Of a stretch of 64,000 nucleotides of DNA, positions 1 through 9,380 are shown piece by piece. A program made the position numbers and the translations under genes. The DNA lies in contig JBPCLP010000028.1 of the NCBI GenBank assembly GCA_051003195.1, forward strand, positions 1 to 64,000, written 5' to 3'. Below the pieces are notes generated by a model. That model searched no databases. It saw nothing but the letters and a program-made list of their open reading frames with translations, and was not told the DNA's origin. Within the stretch, counting starts at the first letter, position 1; every line of letters begins with the position of its first letter. This DNA comes from Candidatus Sumerlaeaceae bacterium. Lineage in GTDB: Bacteria > Sumerlaeota > Sumerlaeia > Sumerlaeales > Sumerlaeaceae.

Positions 1-130
1 ACCCAGCCCAGGGAAAGGAGGCCACGGCTTTTTGTGGCCGACGCAGCCCTGGGTTACAGCAGCCCATTGTTCGCGCCCTGAAGGGGCGCCGGAAACCGGA
101 AAATATCGTACGAATCTCTGGGACACCACC
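1..130. repeat. REP/MITE-like palindromic element, family A (left-truncated by the window edge)
   Basis: AGCCCAGGG..GCAGCCCTGGG stem with an inner hairpin, then CGCCCTGAAGGGGCG; similar to 21420-21543 and partly to 41599-41648. Confidence 0.75.
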
Positions 131-132
131 CC

Positions 133-227
133 AGTGGGCCGAATCCGTAGTTCCTTACCAGGCCAAAGGGCAGACTTGACCTCGATTCGGCACACAGAAC
201 AGATTACGAACTAAAGGTAGACCCACC
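133..227. repeat. ~95-bp MITE-like element, family B
   Basis: GTG(G)GCCGAATC..GATTCGGCACAC inverted repeat plus AGAACAGATTACGAACTAA tail; copies at 41650, 41744 and 63450. Confidence 0.8.
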
Positions 228-239
228 AGCAGGTCACCA

Positions 240-266
240 GGGCGTCCGGTTATCGGGCGCCTTTTT
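240..266 (+). terminator. probable intrinsic terminator
   Basis: GGCGTCCG-GTTAT-CGGGCGCC hairpin followed by TTTTT. Confidence 0.55.
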
Positions 267-348
267 CGTGCGCCATGCAGCGCAGTTGCTCCTCAGCGCA
301 ACCTGACGCGCCCGGGGCACCTCACTTGCATAAGTTAGCATAAGCACG

Positions 349-1155
349 ATGAAACCACGACACGGCAGAAGCGGGTTCGATCCCGAACAGGACGGCATTG
401 CAACGCCTGCCGGAACAGCCGCGCAACGCCTGCCACTCCACATACTGCCACAGCCGGATGACACTACCTGCGGCCCAACGTGCCTGCAGGCGGTTTACAA
501 TTTTTTTGAAGACGCCATGACGCTCGAGCAGGTGCTCGCGCAAATTCCATGTTTACCCACCGGCGGGACGCTGACATCAATTCTCGCGCGACATGCGCTC
601 AAGCGCGGTTACCGAGCAACGCTGCACACTTACAACCTGCAGGTATTTGACCCAACCTGGTTCGAACTTGCTCCCGCCGAGCTCGCGCGCCGGTTGCGAG
701 CGCGCAGTCGCTACAAGCGCGCTGCCAAACAGCTCATTGCTACGAAGCATTACCTGAAGTTCCTGGAGGAAGGGGGCCAGTTCGCATTCGAAGACCTGAC
801 AACCGGCCTGATCCGGAGATACGTCGAAGACCGCGGCATCCCCATTCTCACAGGGCTGAGTGCCACCTACCTCTATCGTACGCCGCGTGAGTACGGACCT
901 AACGCAGATTTTGATGACCTCCGCGGCGACCCGGCCGGACACTTCGTTGTTCTCTATGGATATAATCATGCAACCCGCGAAGTTCTTGTCGCCGATCCGC
1001 TTTATCCAAATCCCTTCGCAAAAACTCATCATTATCTTCTTAACATCGACCGCGTGCTCTGCTCTATATTGCTCGGTACCTTGACCTACGATGCCAACCT
1101 GCTGATCATCGAGCCGGCTCGCAATTCACCTTCGCCTGGGACGCCTTTGGCGTGA
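349..1155 (+). CDS. C39-like (papain-fold) cysteine peptidase
   Basis: QPDDTTCGPTCL (Cys), GHFVVLYG (His), VADP (Asp); GTGA overlap with the next gene. Confidence 0.8.
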   Translation: MKPRHGRSGFDPEQDGIATPAGTAAQRLPLHILPQPDDTTCGPTCLQAVYNFFEDAMTLEQVLAQIPCLPTGGTLTSILARHALKRGYRATLHTYNLQVFDPTWFELAPAELARRLRARSRYKRAAKQLIATKHYLKFLEEGGQFAFEDLTTGLIRRYVEDRGIPILTGLSATYLYRTPREYGPNADFDDLRGDPAGHFVVLYGYNHATREVLVADPLYPNPFAKTHHYLLNIDRVLCSILLGTLTYDANLLIIEPARNSPSPGTPLA

Positions 1156-2627
1156 ACATTATCCTGGTGCTCAACACCCCGGGCGATTGGCCGCTGCTTA
1201 TACCGGGCGTCGAGGTTGTCGCCGCCCGCGATTACCTGACGCATACCAAATGGAGCACGCTTCGCAGCGCAAAGGTCTTTAACCTGTGCAAGAGCTACAA
1301 GTACCAAAGCGTCGGATACTACGTGTCGCTGCTCGCCGAGGCGCGGACACACCGTCCGCTGCCAAGCCTGACCACCATTCAGGATCTCAAATCGCACTCC
1401 CTGGTACGAGTTATATCTGACGACCTCCACGCGCTCATTCAACGTTCTCTCGGGGCCTTAAAATCGGATAAGTTTACACTGAGCATTTACTTCGGTCGCA
1501 ATGTGGCGAGGCAATACGACAAGCTCGCGCTGCAACTTTTTAACCTCTTCCAGGCGCCGCTGCTCCGGGCCCAGTTCGTCAGGCACGAAGATGGAATCTG
1601 GGAGATGCGATCCATCGGCGCGATTGCTGCAAGCGATGTCCCCGACGAGCACTGGCTGTTTGTGATGGATGTGGGCTATGATCACTTCCAGGGACGCCGG
1701 GTTACACTCCCCCGGCCAAAAACAGTACGTTATAATTTCGCAATTCTCCACAACCCCATCGAGCCTGAGCCGCCATCCGATGCGAAGGCACTGCAGAAGT
1801 TCATTAAAGCCGGCGAGGCGCTGGATTGCACGGTAGAGCTCATCACACGCGAGGACTACGACCGCGTTCCTGAATTCGACGCACTCTTTATCCGGGAAAC
1901 CACGAGCGTTCATCATCACACCTATCGCTTTGCACGTCGGGCAGAAGCCGAAGGTCTCGTGGTGATTGATGATCCAACCTCAATTCTCCGCTGCTGCAAT
2001 AAGGTCTACCTGGCAGAGGTGCTCGAGCGACACAAGATCGCGACGCCTCGCACGCTGATTGTACATCGCGATAACGTAGATGATATCATTCCAACGGTGG
2101 GATTACCCTGCATCCTCAAGCGACCGGACAGCTCGTTTTCACGTGGGGTCGTTAAGATCGAAGACGAGGATCAACTGCGCAAGGAGGTCGCCGATTTTCT
2201 AACGAGCTCCGACCTGCTGATCGCGCAGGAATTCCTGCCCACCGAGTTCGACTGGCGCATCGGAATATTCGATCGCAAGCCGCTCTATGCCTGCCGCTAC
2301 CACATGTTTGGCAATCACTGGCAGATAGTGAAAGACGACACACGCGATGGCACGCGCCGCTGGGGTAAGGTTGAAACCCTTCCCGTGGAACTTGCGCCGA
2401 AGCACATTGTGAAAGCCGCGCTTGCCGCCGCAAACCTGATCGGTAACGGCCTCTATGGTGTCGATGCGAAGGATGTCGGCAGGCGCGCCGCGATCATCGA
2501 GGTAAACGAAAACCCGAGCATCGAAGCCGGCTACGAAGACTCACTTCTTAAAGACGAACTGTACGCACGGATCATGGGTGGCTTTCTCCAACGTGTGGAA
2601 GCTATGAAAGCCGGACGCCGTGCCTGA
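1152..2627 (+). CDS. RimK-like ATP-grasp ligase with N-terminal RLAN-type domain
   Basis: N-terminal VFNLCKSYKYQSVGYYVSLLAEAR; ATP-grasp motifs KRPDSSFSRGV, QEFLPTEFDWRIG, GLYGVD, IEVNENP. Confidence 0.9.
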   Translation: MNIILVLNTPGDWPLLIPGVEVVAARDYLTHTKWSTLRSAKVFNLCKSYKYQSVGYYVSLLAEARTHRPLPSLTTIQDLKSHSLVRVISDDLHALIQRSLGALKSDKFTLSIYFGRNVARQYDKLALQLFNLFQAPLLRAQFVRHEDGIWEMRSIGAIAASDVPDEHWLFVMDVGYDHFQGRRVTLPRPKTVRYNFAILHNPIEPEPPSDAKALQKFIKAGEALDCTVELITREDYDRVPEFDALFIRETTSVHHHTYRFARRAEAEGLVVIDDPTSILRCCNKVYLAEVLERHKIATPRTLIVHRDNVDDIIPTVGLPCILKRPDSSFSRGVVKIEDEDQLRKEVADFLTSSDLLIAQEFLPTEFDWRIGIFDRKPLYACRYHMFGNHWQIVKDDTRDGTRRWGKVETLPVELAPKHIVKAALAAANLIGNGLYGVDAKDVGRRAAIIEVNENPSIEAGYEDSLLKDELYARIMGGFLQRVEAMKAGRRA

Positions 2628-3867
2628 AGTGTTTCACCTCCTGGAACGCGTCGGTGTCGAGCTGGAGTACATGATTGCGGACGCAGGCAGGCTTGCCATC
2701 CGGCCCATCGCCGATGAGCTCCTGCGCACCGCGGGCAATACCACCAGCTACATTTCTGACGTCCAGCGCGGACCCATCACCTGGTCAAACGAACTCGTCT
2801 CCCATGTGATTGAACTCAAATGCACCGAACCAGTTTCACCCCACGTGCTTCACTTGCTGAAGGGTCAATTCGCTGAAAACATTCTCCACGCGAACACGAT
2901 CCTTCGCACCCACAATGCGCAGCTCATGCCCACCGCCATGCATCCCTGGATGCAGCCCGCAACCGAGACTCACCTGTGGCCGCACGAGGGCGCGGAAATC
3001 TACCAGGCATTTGACCGACTTTTCAACTGCCGCCGCCACGGCTGGGCCAATCTTCAATCCATGCACCTGAATCTCTCCTTCTCGGGCGACGAAGAATTCG
3101 CTCGCCTCCACGCCGCAGTGCGATTTCTGCTGCCCATCCTGCCTGCACTCGCCGCAAGCTCGCCCGTGATGGACGGCCGAATCACCGGCACCATCGACAA
3201 CCGGCTCGAGGTATACCGCACGAACACCGAAGCGACACCCGTGCTTTCGGGGCGCCTCATTCCAGAGGCAGTGTTCAGCGAGCAGGAGTACCGGCACTCT
3301 ATCCTGGGGCCCATCGCTGAAGAGCTGAAGAGACTCGATCCCGCCGGCATCCTTCAGCCGGAATACTCCAACTCCCGCGGCGCCATCGCTCGCTTCGAGC
3401 GCGGCTCGCTTGAGATCCGGTTGCTCGACATGCAGGAGTGCCCTGCTGCCGACCTGGCAATTGCTCAAATCGTTATCGGTGTGCTTCGTGCGCTTCTGGA
3501 CGAAACGTGGTGCTCGTTGGATGAGCAAAAAGCCTGGTCGATCGAGCGACTGGAACCCATTCTGCTCCACTGCATTCGTGAAGCAGATGGAGCGCTCATT
3601 TCCGACCCCGATTATCTGCGTGCTCTCGGATACAAAACGATCGAAGAGCCGGTCCTTGCACGCGACCTCTGGCGGCATCTCATTCAGAGCGCGGTTGTGT
3701 CTAAGCAGATGGCGTTTGCATCAGCAGACTTTAGCGACCGATATTCCCGCAACGGCTGTCTGGCGCGCCGTATCGTCGCGGCTGCTAAAAGCAGTGAACA
3801 TGCACGTCTGCTCAACGTTTACCAGCGATTGGCTGAATGTCTGGCCAATAATACGGGCTTTGCCTGA
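2620..3867 (+). CDS. GCS2-family glutamate-cysteine/carboxylate-amine ligase
   Basis: GVELEYMI, NELVSHVIELK, LQSMHLNL, ALAASSP, EIRLLD motifs; overlaps the upstream stop. Confidence 0.88.
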   Translation: MPEVFHLLERVGVELEYMIADAGRLAIRPIADELLRTAGNTTSYISDVQRGPITWSNELVSHVIELKCTEPVSPHVLHLLKGQFAENILHANTILRTHNAQLMPTAMHPWMQPATETHLWPHEGAEIYQAFDRLFNCRRHGWANLQSMHLNLSFSGDEEFARLHAAVRFLLPILPALAASSPVMDGRITGTIDNRLEVYRTNTEATPVLSGRLIPEAVFSEQEYRHSILGPIAEELKRLDPAGILQPEYSNSRGAIARFERGSLEIRLLDMQECPAADLAIAQIVIGVLRALLDETWCSLDEQKAWSIERLEPILLHCIREADGALISDPDYLRALGYKTIEEPVLARDLWRHLIQSAVVSKQMAFASADFSDRYSRNGCLARRIVAAAKSSEHARLLNVYQRLAECLANNTGFA

Positions 3868-4031
3868 TCTCTTCCAAATTATCTGTGTCTCTGGAGTTGT
3901 AGGAACAGCTCCGAATAGCACCGAACTGCGTTGCGAACACAGGTCTGGTAGGATGGTTGCGGCTATAGCTCGGGTCGCACGCCCGTTCTCGTCCGGTTCT
4001 CATTGTCCAAATTCAGCAGAATTCTATCCGT

Positions 4032-4910
4032 TCAGAACCTGAAGGAATATCCAACGCCAAAAAATACGTTCGGTTTTTCCCCTGTCACCGCGGTGCCGAC
4101 ACGTGCGTCGATCTGATGATTCTCGCGCACGGCGTAAGTCACGCCCGTGTTCACGTATTGGACCAGGCTGCCGTCGCGGTCTTCGCGACTGAATGCGAAC
4201 GTCTCCGCGTAAACACCGACTCTTTCTGTTAGGTCGTAGCCCAGCGACGCGCTTCCAGACAACTGGTGAAACTGTTGTCCCGTGTCGCTGGCGTACCTGT
4301 AGTTCAGGTTGGACGCCAGGCTCAGCCGTTTTCCCAGCGGCCATTCCAGGCATAGCTTTGCGCCCGGCTGCAGGTGCGGCTCGCGATGCACGTGCGCCCC
4401 GGTGGGCAGGTCCGTGTCGAGGATGACTGCAGTCTTTGGGTCGATCAGGTCGAACTCCTCCTCATTCCCTTTTCGGAGACTGATCTTCACCCCGAAGCTG
4501 GAATCCTCCAGACCGGACAGCCGCTCACCATCACCCTGCGTAAGCGTGTAGGTCGGAAGGCCGATTCGCGCTTCCAGGCGCCGGGCTAGTCCCGCTCGTA
4601 TGAGTAACTCTCCCGCACTTCGGGACTTCTCATTCTTTGTACGGGAGAACGTCATACCGGACTCTACTTGGATACGGCGCGGGGGTACGGTCTCGGCAGT
4701 CTCTGTAAAATCTGGGCGATCCGTAGCCATCTCTGGCTCTTCCTCGTCCTCCTCTGCAATCGACGGCCCGGCTGAAGAGGCGGCCAGCTTTGACTTTGAT
4801 TCGATGGAATTTGGTTCCGACCACCCCGACACGGCAAATAGCATTGAAAGCAAGCAGAGCTTGGCCCGCCAGTGGCGAACAGACTTAATCGAAATGCATC
4901 GGTGTTGCAT
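4032..4910 (-). CDS. outer-membrane beta-barrel channel (MetA-pathway/'transporter' family)
   Basis: signal peptide, TDRPDFTETAETVP motif, alternating beta-strands, C-terminal GVGYSFRF. Confidence 0.8.
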   Translation of the reverse strand: MQHRCISIKSVRHWRAKLCLLSMLFAVSGWSEPNSIESKSKLAASSAGPSIAEEDEEEPEMATDRPDFTETAETVPPRRIQVESGMTFSRTKNEKSRSAGELLIRAGLARRLEARIGLPTYTLTQGDGERLSGLEDSSFGVKISLRKGNEEEFDLIDPKTAVILDTDLPTGAHVHREPHLQPGAKLCLEWPLGKRLSLASNLNYRYASDTGQQFHQLSGSASLGYDLTERVGVYAETFAFSREDRDGSLVQYVNTGVTYAVRENHQIDARVGTAVTGEKPNVFFGVGYSFRF

Positions 4911-4937
4911 GGTAGTCCAGTCAGCAGAAGTTTAATT

Positions 4938-4955
4938 AGTATGCATTGGCATACT
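4938..4955. promoter_or_regulatory. candidate MntR/DtxR operator
   Basis: perfect inverted repeat AGTATGC-ATTG-GCATACT in the AT-rich spacer between the barrel gene and the divergent mntR-like gene. Confidence 0.55.
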
Positions 4956-5019
4956 TAATATGCAAAGGCGCAAGCAAAATGTTTTTGCCACGGCCGGGTA
5001 ACAGCATCCTCGGACCCAA

Positions 5020-5445
5020 ATGACCAAATCACTGCTCAAACCGGTTGCCACGCAAGCCAGGCTTCAGCACGCCGAAGAAAACACCGCTGATTACCTCGAA
5101 ATCATCGCCGACCTTATTCGCGAACGCGGTGAAGCCCGGCTGGTAGACATCGCAGCCCGCCTCGGCGTCAGTAAAGGTACCGTAAACAAAAAACTCAGGC
5201 AACTGCAGCGCGAAGGCCTTGTGCGATCGCAGCCCTATCGGTCCATTTTTCTCAATCCCGAGGGAGAAGCAATCGCATTTCAATCCAAGAAACGGCACAC
5301 GCTGGTGCTCGAGTTTTTACAGGCGGCTGGCGTTCCGGACTATATCGCCGAGCGCGATGCTGAAGGCATCGAGCACCACGTCAGCCCGCAAACCCTTACC
5401 GCCCTGCGCAAGCTTACCCAGCAGCTTATAAAGAAGCGGCGCTAA
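5020..5445 (+). CDS. mntR: DtxR/MntR-family metal-dependent repressor
   Basis: DYLEIIADL, wHTH ARLVDIAARLGVSKGTV, RH..VLEFL, DAEGIEHHVS metal site. Confidence 0.85.
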   Translation: MTKSLLKPVATQARLQHAEENTADYLEIIADLIRERGEARLVDIAARLGVSKGTVNKKLRQLQREGLVRSQPYRSIFLNPEGEAIAFQSKKRHTLVLEFLQAAGVPDYIAERDAEGIEHHVSPQTLTALRKLTQQLIKKRR

Positions 5446-5491
5446 GCTCGCTTTACCCTCATTTTAATTCTATGCCCATTGGCCACCCGAA

Positions 5492-5623
5492 TCACTTCGG
5501 CCCGGTCGTCGCAATCCCCTGCACGAAAGTTTTTTGCAGCACGAAAAACAACACCAGGATCGGCACCGTGATGATCGTGCTCGCGGCCATCAGCATGCCC
5601 CATTGTGCACCATGGCTTTCCAT
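5492..5623 (-). pseudogene. C-terminal fragment of a carbohydrate ABC transporter permease (MalG-type)
   Basis: own translation ESHGAQWGMLMAASTIITVPILVLFFVLQKTFVQGIATTGPK*; the upstream part is absent, replaced at a GGGGAC motif (5626). Confidence 0.8.
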
Positions 5624-5634
5624 TCGGGGACGGT

Positions 5635-5902
5635 GGGGCTGTTGAAAAACCCCTTGTCTTGTTGAGCGGATTATGATCTGAGTTTTGTCGTTGTTTAAGC
5701 TACTGTTGATGGGTGCTGACCAATGCTGGAACCACGCGACCGAAGCCAGGATGAGCTGTTCGTTTCGTGTAGTCTGAGTGACCTGATTCCCGAGGATTAC
5801 ATCCTTAAGAGAGTCGATCGAGTTCTCGATCTTTCATGGCTGCGTGCCGAGGTTGAAGATCTGTACTGCGATGATAACGGTCCGAATTTTCGAATGTTCT
5901 AG
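5635..5902 (+). mobile_element. IS1182-family left end with truncated transposase (ATG 5723)
   Basis: terminal GGGGCTGTTGAAAAAC; MLEPRDRSQDELFVSCSLSDLIPEDYILKRVDRVLDLSWLRAEVEDLYCDDNG, broken at about 5881. Confidence 0.8.
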
Positions 5903-5948
5903 GCAGCTTCTTCTGTAGTGCTGAGTCTTCGGAGCCTACGCGACGCTG

Positions 5949-7715
5949 CTACCGCGTTTTGTACATTACCACCATGTTATCAAGAATGAAGTCGTCGATG
6001 TTGCCGCCGCTGCCACCGCTACTGTTGCGGGCCTCGATACGCAGCACATTGCCGCTCGGTTTTAGTATGCGGGCACGGATCACCAAAACATTTCCATTCC
6101 AGACGCCTGTATCAGGATTAAACGGAATGCCGTCAGACAAGTTGATGCCATTGATGGTGATTATGTTCTCCCTGGAGCTCACGGCCCGGCTTTGGAACAT
6201 CAACACAGCAGACTCATGAGGGTTCACCTTCGGGCAGGCAAAATTGAATTCCTTGGATGCCCCCACAAAGATCGCATTGAGCTCATTACGAATATTGAGG
6301 GACCCGGGTTCATTGCCGAACTGTTGCCTCCCGGCAAAGACAACGGTGAAATCTGCCGGGCCCCCGAAGCGACGGCCCAACACTGTGTCGACGCGGCCAA
6401 GCCCCTTTGTCGCTTCCTGAAAGTCCTGTTCCCAACGCAGCCGAAGGGCATCTACCGTCTCGACGAACTCATGCACTTTGTGAATGTCATTGGTCAAGAC
6501 GATGAAAGCCTGCCGCCAATTCTTCGGCGAAACGGCCACGTTCGGTACCCGCTGCCCCTCTACTGCAATAAAGTCCTGAACTGTCAGGCGAACGGGCGTA
6601 GCGGTAAAATTTGGTGAGCCAGGGACATCTGCGACATTGCGTAGCAGGGTGAACTGACCCACTTCCCCAGGACCCAGCAACCCCATCAGGTATAGGTCCA
6701 GATTGCAGTATACCCGTTCGTCGGAGTTGAGGTCCACTGTCTTGAACTCACCATTTGACTGCTCAACCCAGTCTTGCACGCCGTAGTCCATGGGCGATTT
6801 GTCGTCATCAAAGATATGATCTTGTCGCACGGCAAAAGGTGCATTTATCCATTTGGACCAATGCCCCGGCGGCACCGGCGGCTGCTCCAAAAGATGGTCG
6901 GACATGGTCGCGCCCGTGTCCGGGTCCTTGTATCGGACAGAAGCAGCAAACCGGTGTCCAAACTCCTGGAGCATCGTATGGCGCCAGGTTCCGTTAAATT
7001 TCATAACGTGGAAACCCTCCAACCGGGACGTATCCCACGCATGACGAGCGTTAAACGGCTCCCTTCCAATCCCCTTTACATCGTTGAAGATAGAACTAAA
7101 AAAGGAACCTCCATTAAGTTCCCGACTTTCCAGACCGCTGGCCTCGTCAATAAAGAAGGTGACAAAGTCGTAATCGTCGCGATGCAACGTTCGGAAGAGC
7201 TGGTAGGCTCGAACGAAATCCACGACTCGCGGAACCGGTTGAAGTGTGCCGTCATTTTCGACGACGCAAACGTCGCCGAAGTCTTGCACGATAGGGGCGG
7301 TCGTGCTGGTGGGCGAGGCCTTCAGATTCATCGCCAATTCATGTACGCGCACCCAGTCAATGGCTCTCATATCAGCCGAGATCGCACGGTCTTTGAAGAA
7401 GTCGCCGGTCGGCTCGGGAGCATCAGCCGACAGGGGGGCGTACACATCCGTCTTCAGGCCCAGGAATTCTTTTGGAATCACTTTCGCGGGATCGAGTTCG
7501 GAATGAGGTTTCTTCTGCAGCACATAAACCACCAGAGCGAATTCATCGGGACTGCTGGAATGCTTCACCCGTCTGTGAGCAATGTTGATGCCGATGATGT
7601 TGGGGTCCAGTTTGTAGAAATACTCACGAGCTTTCGTAAGCACTTCCTGATAGTTCAATGCGGCTGGAATCGTAAATGTGGATTGCGCCTCAGGTGTTAC
7701 TTTTCGGGGTGGCAT
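5949..7715 (-). CDS. multidomain putative metallopeptidase-like protein
   Basis: 588-aa ORF with AAGGAG RBS; QEFGHRF zincin-like motif, GHWS, LDLYLMGL; C-terminal beta-sandwich-like region. Confidence 0.7.
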   Translation of the reverse strand: MPPRKVTPEAQSTFTIPAALNYQEVLTKAREYFYKLDPNIIGINIAHRRVKHSSSPDEFALVVYVLQKKPHSELDPAKVIPKEFLGLKTDVYAPLSADAPEPTGDFFKDRAISADMRAIDWVRVHELAMNLKASPTSTTAPIVQDFGDVCVVENDGTLQPVPRVVDFVRAYQLFRTLHRDDYDFVTFFIDEASGLESRELNGGSFFSSIFNDVKGIGREPFNARHAWDTSRLEGFHVMKFNGTWRHTMLQEFGHRFAASVRYKDPDTGATMSDHLLEQPPVPPGHWSKWINAPFAVRQDHIFDDDKSPMDYGVQDWVEQSNGEFKTVDLNSDERVYCNLDLYLMGLLGPGEVGQFTLLRNVADVPGSPNFTATPVRLTVQDFIAVEGQRVPNVAVSPKNWRQAFIVLTNDIHKVHEFVETVDALRLRWEQDFQEATKGLGRVDTVLGRRFGGPADFTVVFAGRQQFGNEPGSLNIRNELNAIFVGASKEFNFACPKVNPHESAVLMFQSRAVSSRENIITINGINLSDGIPFNPDTGVWNGNVLVIRARILKPSGNVLRIEARNSSGGSGGNIDDFILDNMVVMYKTR

Positions 7716-7754
7716 GGCATAATCTCCTTTGAGTTTCGTTTATGACTGTATCAG

Positions 7755-7783
7755 AAAATTCGGGGACGACCATCCCCGTTTTA
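7755..7783. repeat. minimal GGGGAC/TCCCC REP-like hairpin
   Basis: AAAATTCGGGGACG-AC-CATCCCCGTTTTA; left arm resembles 12981-12993 and right arm resembles the reverse complement of 9647-9656. Confidence 0.6.
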
Positions 7784-7961
7784 TCTGCCGACTCACGACG
7801 CCAGGCTGAACTTATTGTGTTCGGCTAAATCGAGACTTTCTACAACCTACGCCGGCTACACTCCATCCTGGGTTACAAGTCTCCCATTGAATTTGAAACT
7901 CAGCAGCACCATTCACCCAAATAACCGCTCACGTGCTGTCCACTTTTCCGGAGCCAGATCA
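7784..7961 (+). mobile_element. IS3-family right-end remnant (pseudogene tail plus IRR)
   Basis: RRQAELIVFG*IETFYNLRRLHSILGYKSPIEFE matches an IS3 OrfB C-terminus, with an internal stop; IRR TGTCCACTTTTCCGGAGCCAGATCA ends in CA. Confidence 0.8.
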
Positions 7962-8000
7962 GAGCCTCAATCCATTACTGTGGATTTGGCCAAGCTTGTT

Positions 8001-9380
8001 CTAATCGTAAAGCGCCCAGTGATAGACGGTTGAATTGCCGGGCCCGGGTCCCCATGTCGTGCCGGTCGGCACGTCATGCACAAAGACGTCCGCAAGACCA
8101 TTTGAGTCGCCGGGCACAAGGTTTGTCGCCTCGGATAAAAAGGCAATTCGAGTGCCCGCAGAATTAGCCGATGCATAACCGCTTGGGCCGTTGCTCTGAA
8201 CGCCAGCGGAAGAAACACTGACACGCGTCGTTGTAGAACTTGCGATATCGCGCACGTACACGTCGACAACTCCATTGGTGTCCCCGCCTATAAGATTCGT
8301 TGCCGTCGAGCTAAAAGCCACCCGCATGCCGTCCGAGCTTAACGATGGCAGAAAGCTGTCACTATTGCCCGGCAGGCCTGAGGAATCGACGCTGACACGG
8401 CTTGTTGTACCTGCAGTCAGGTCACGGACGAACACATCAGTGAAAAAATTCGTGTCACCCGGCACGAGATTTGGATCGGAAGAGTTAAACGCCACACGTG
8501 TCCCGTCGAAATTTATCGTCGATCTACTTCCCCCCCACTCTGCCTGTAGACCGGAACCATCAACATTGACGCGCGTGGTGGTGCCGGCGGCGAGGTCATG
8601 CACGAATGTGTCCGTGGCAGCATTGGAATCCCCCGTTACAAGATTGCTTGCCTGTGAGGTAAACGCGACGCGTGTACCATTACCGCTAATTTTGGGGTCA
8701 TTGCATTCACCGTTTGCTTGTACTGCGGCAGACGAAACACTCACGCGCGTTGTGGTGCCAGCTGTTAAATTGCGCACGAAAATGTCCATCCAGTTATTTG
8801 TGTCGCCCGGTACAAGATTAGTGGCCCAGGACTGAAAAGCGACTCGTGTTCCGTCGGCGCTGATGGAAATTCCAATGTTGCCAACGCCATCTACGCCACT
8901 GTTACCATTAGCCTGCGCACCCGAGGAATCCACACTCACACGTGTCGTCGTTCCGGCCGAAAGATCGCGTACAAAAGCATCCATGACCCCGTTTGTATCG
9001 CCTGCTACGAGGTTTGTTGCACTCGAAGGGAAGGCGACACGCGTACCGTCGGCACTTATGGCGACGGCAAAGCTGACCGAATTGGGACTGCCGCTGCCAC
9101 CATTTCCCTGCACGCCTGAGGAATCGACGCTAACCCGTTCCGCAACACCTGTTTGAAGATCTAGCCGGAATACGTCGCGTACGCCGTTCGTGTCACCAGC
9201 TACGAGATTCGATGCATTCGACTCAAATGCGACATAACGGCCGTTGGCAGACATACTGGAGGCGTTCGAATAAGAGGCACCGTTGCCAAGTGGCCATGCA
9301 TGCGCTGTACGGCCCGCCAAAATACCAATGAAAAGACCCGCACAGATAGCCGCCGCGCGTGTGCTAAGTGTCGCTTGCAT
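8001..9380 (-). CDS. secreted TolB/PD40-like beta-propeller repeat protein
   Basis: signal peptide ending AHA; about seven repeats of ISADGTRVAF.S.ATNLV.GDTN...DVFVRDL; start chosen at ATG 9380. Confidence 0.85.
   Translation of the reverse strand: MQATLSTRAAAICAGLFIGILAGRTAHAWPLGNGASYSNASSMSANGRYVAFESNASNLVAGDTNGVRDVFRLDLQTGVAERVSVDSSGVQGNGGSGSPNSVSFAVAISADGTRVAFPSSATNLVAGDTNGVMDAFVRDLSAGTTTRVSVDSSGAQANGNSGVDGVGNIGISISADGTRVAFQSWATNLVPGDTNNWMDIFVRNLTAGTTTRVSVSSAAVQANGECNDPKISGNGTRVAFTSQASNLVTGDSNAATDTFVHDLAAGTTTRVNVDGSGLQAEWGGSRSTINFDGTRVAFNSSDPNLVPGDTNFFTDVFVRDLTAGTTSRVSVDSSGLPGNSDSFLPSLSSDGMRVAFSSTATNLIGGDTNGVVDVYVRDIASSTTTRVSVSSAGVQSNGPSGYASANSAGTRIAFLSEATNLVPGDSNGLADVFVHDVPTGTTWGPGPGNSTVYHWALYD

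Noticed and set aside
6774..7745. Long antisense ORFs (also 16531-17559, 20131-21009, 34174-35301, 35681-36700)
   Set aside because: Shadow frames opposite well-supported genes in GC-rich DNA, with no motifs of their own.
8001..9380. DNA-level repeats as a diversity-generating retroelement or array
   Set aside because: They are protein blade repeats; no reverse transcriptase and no adenine-specific variation seen.
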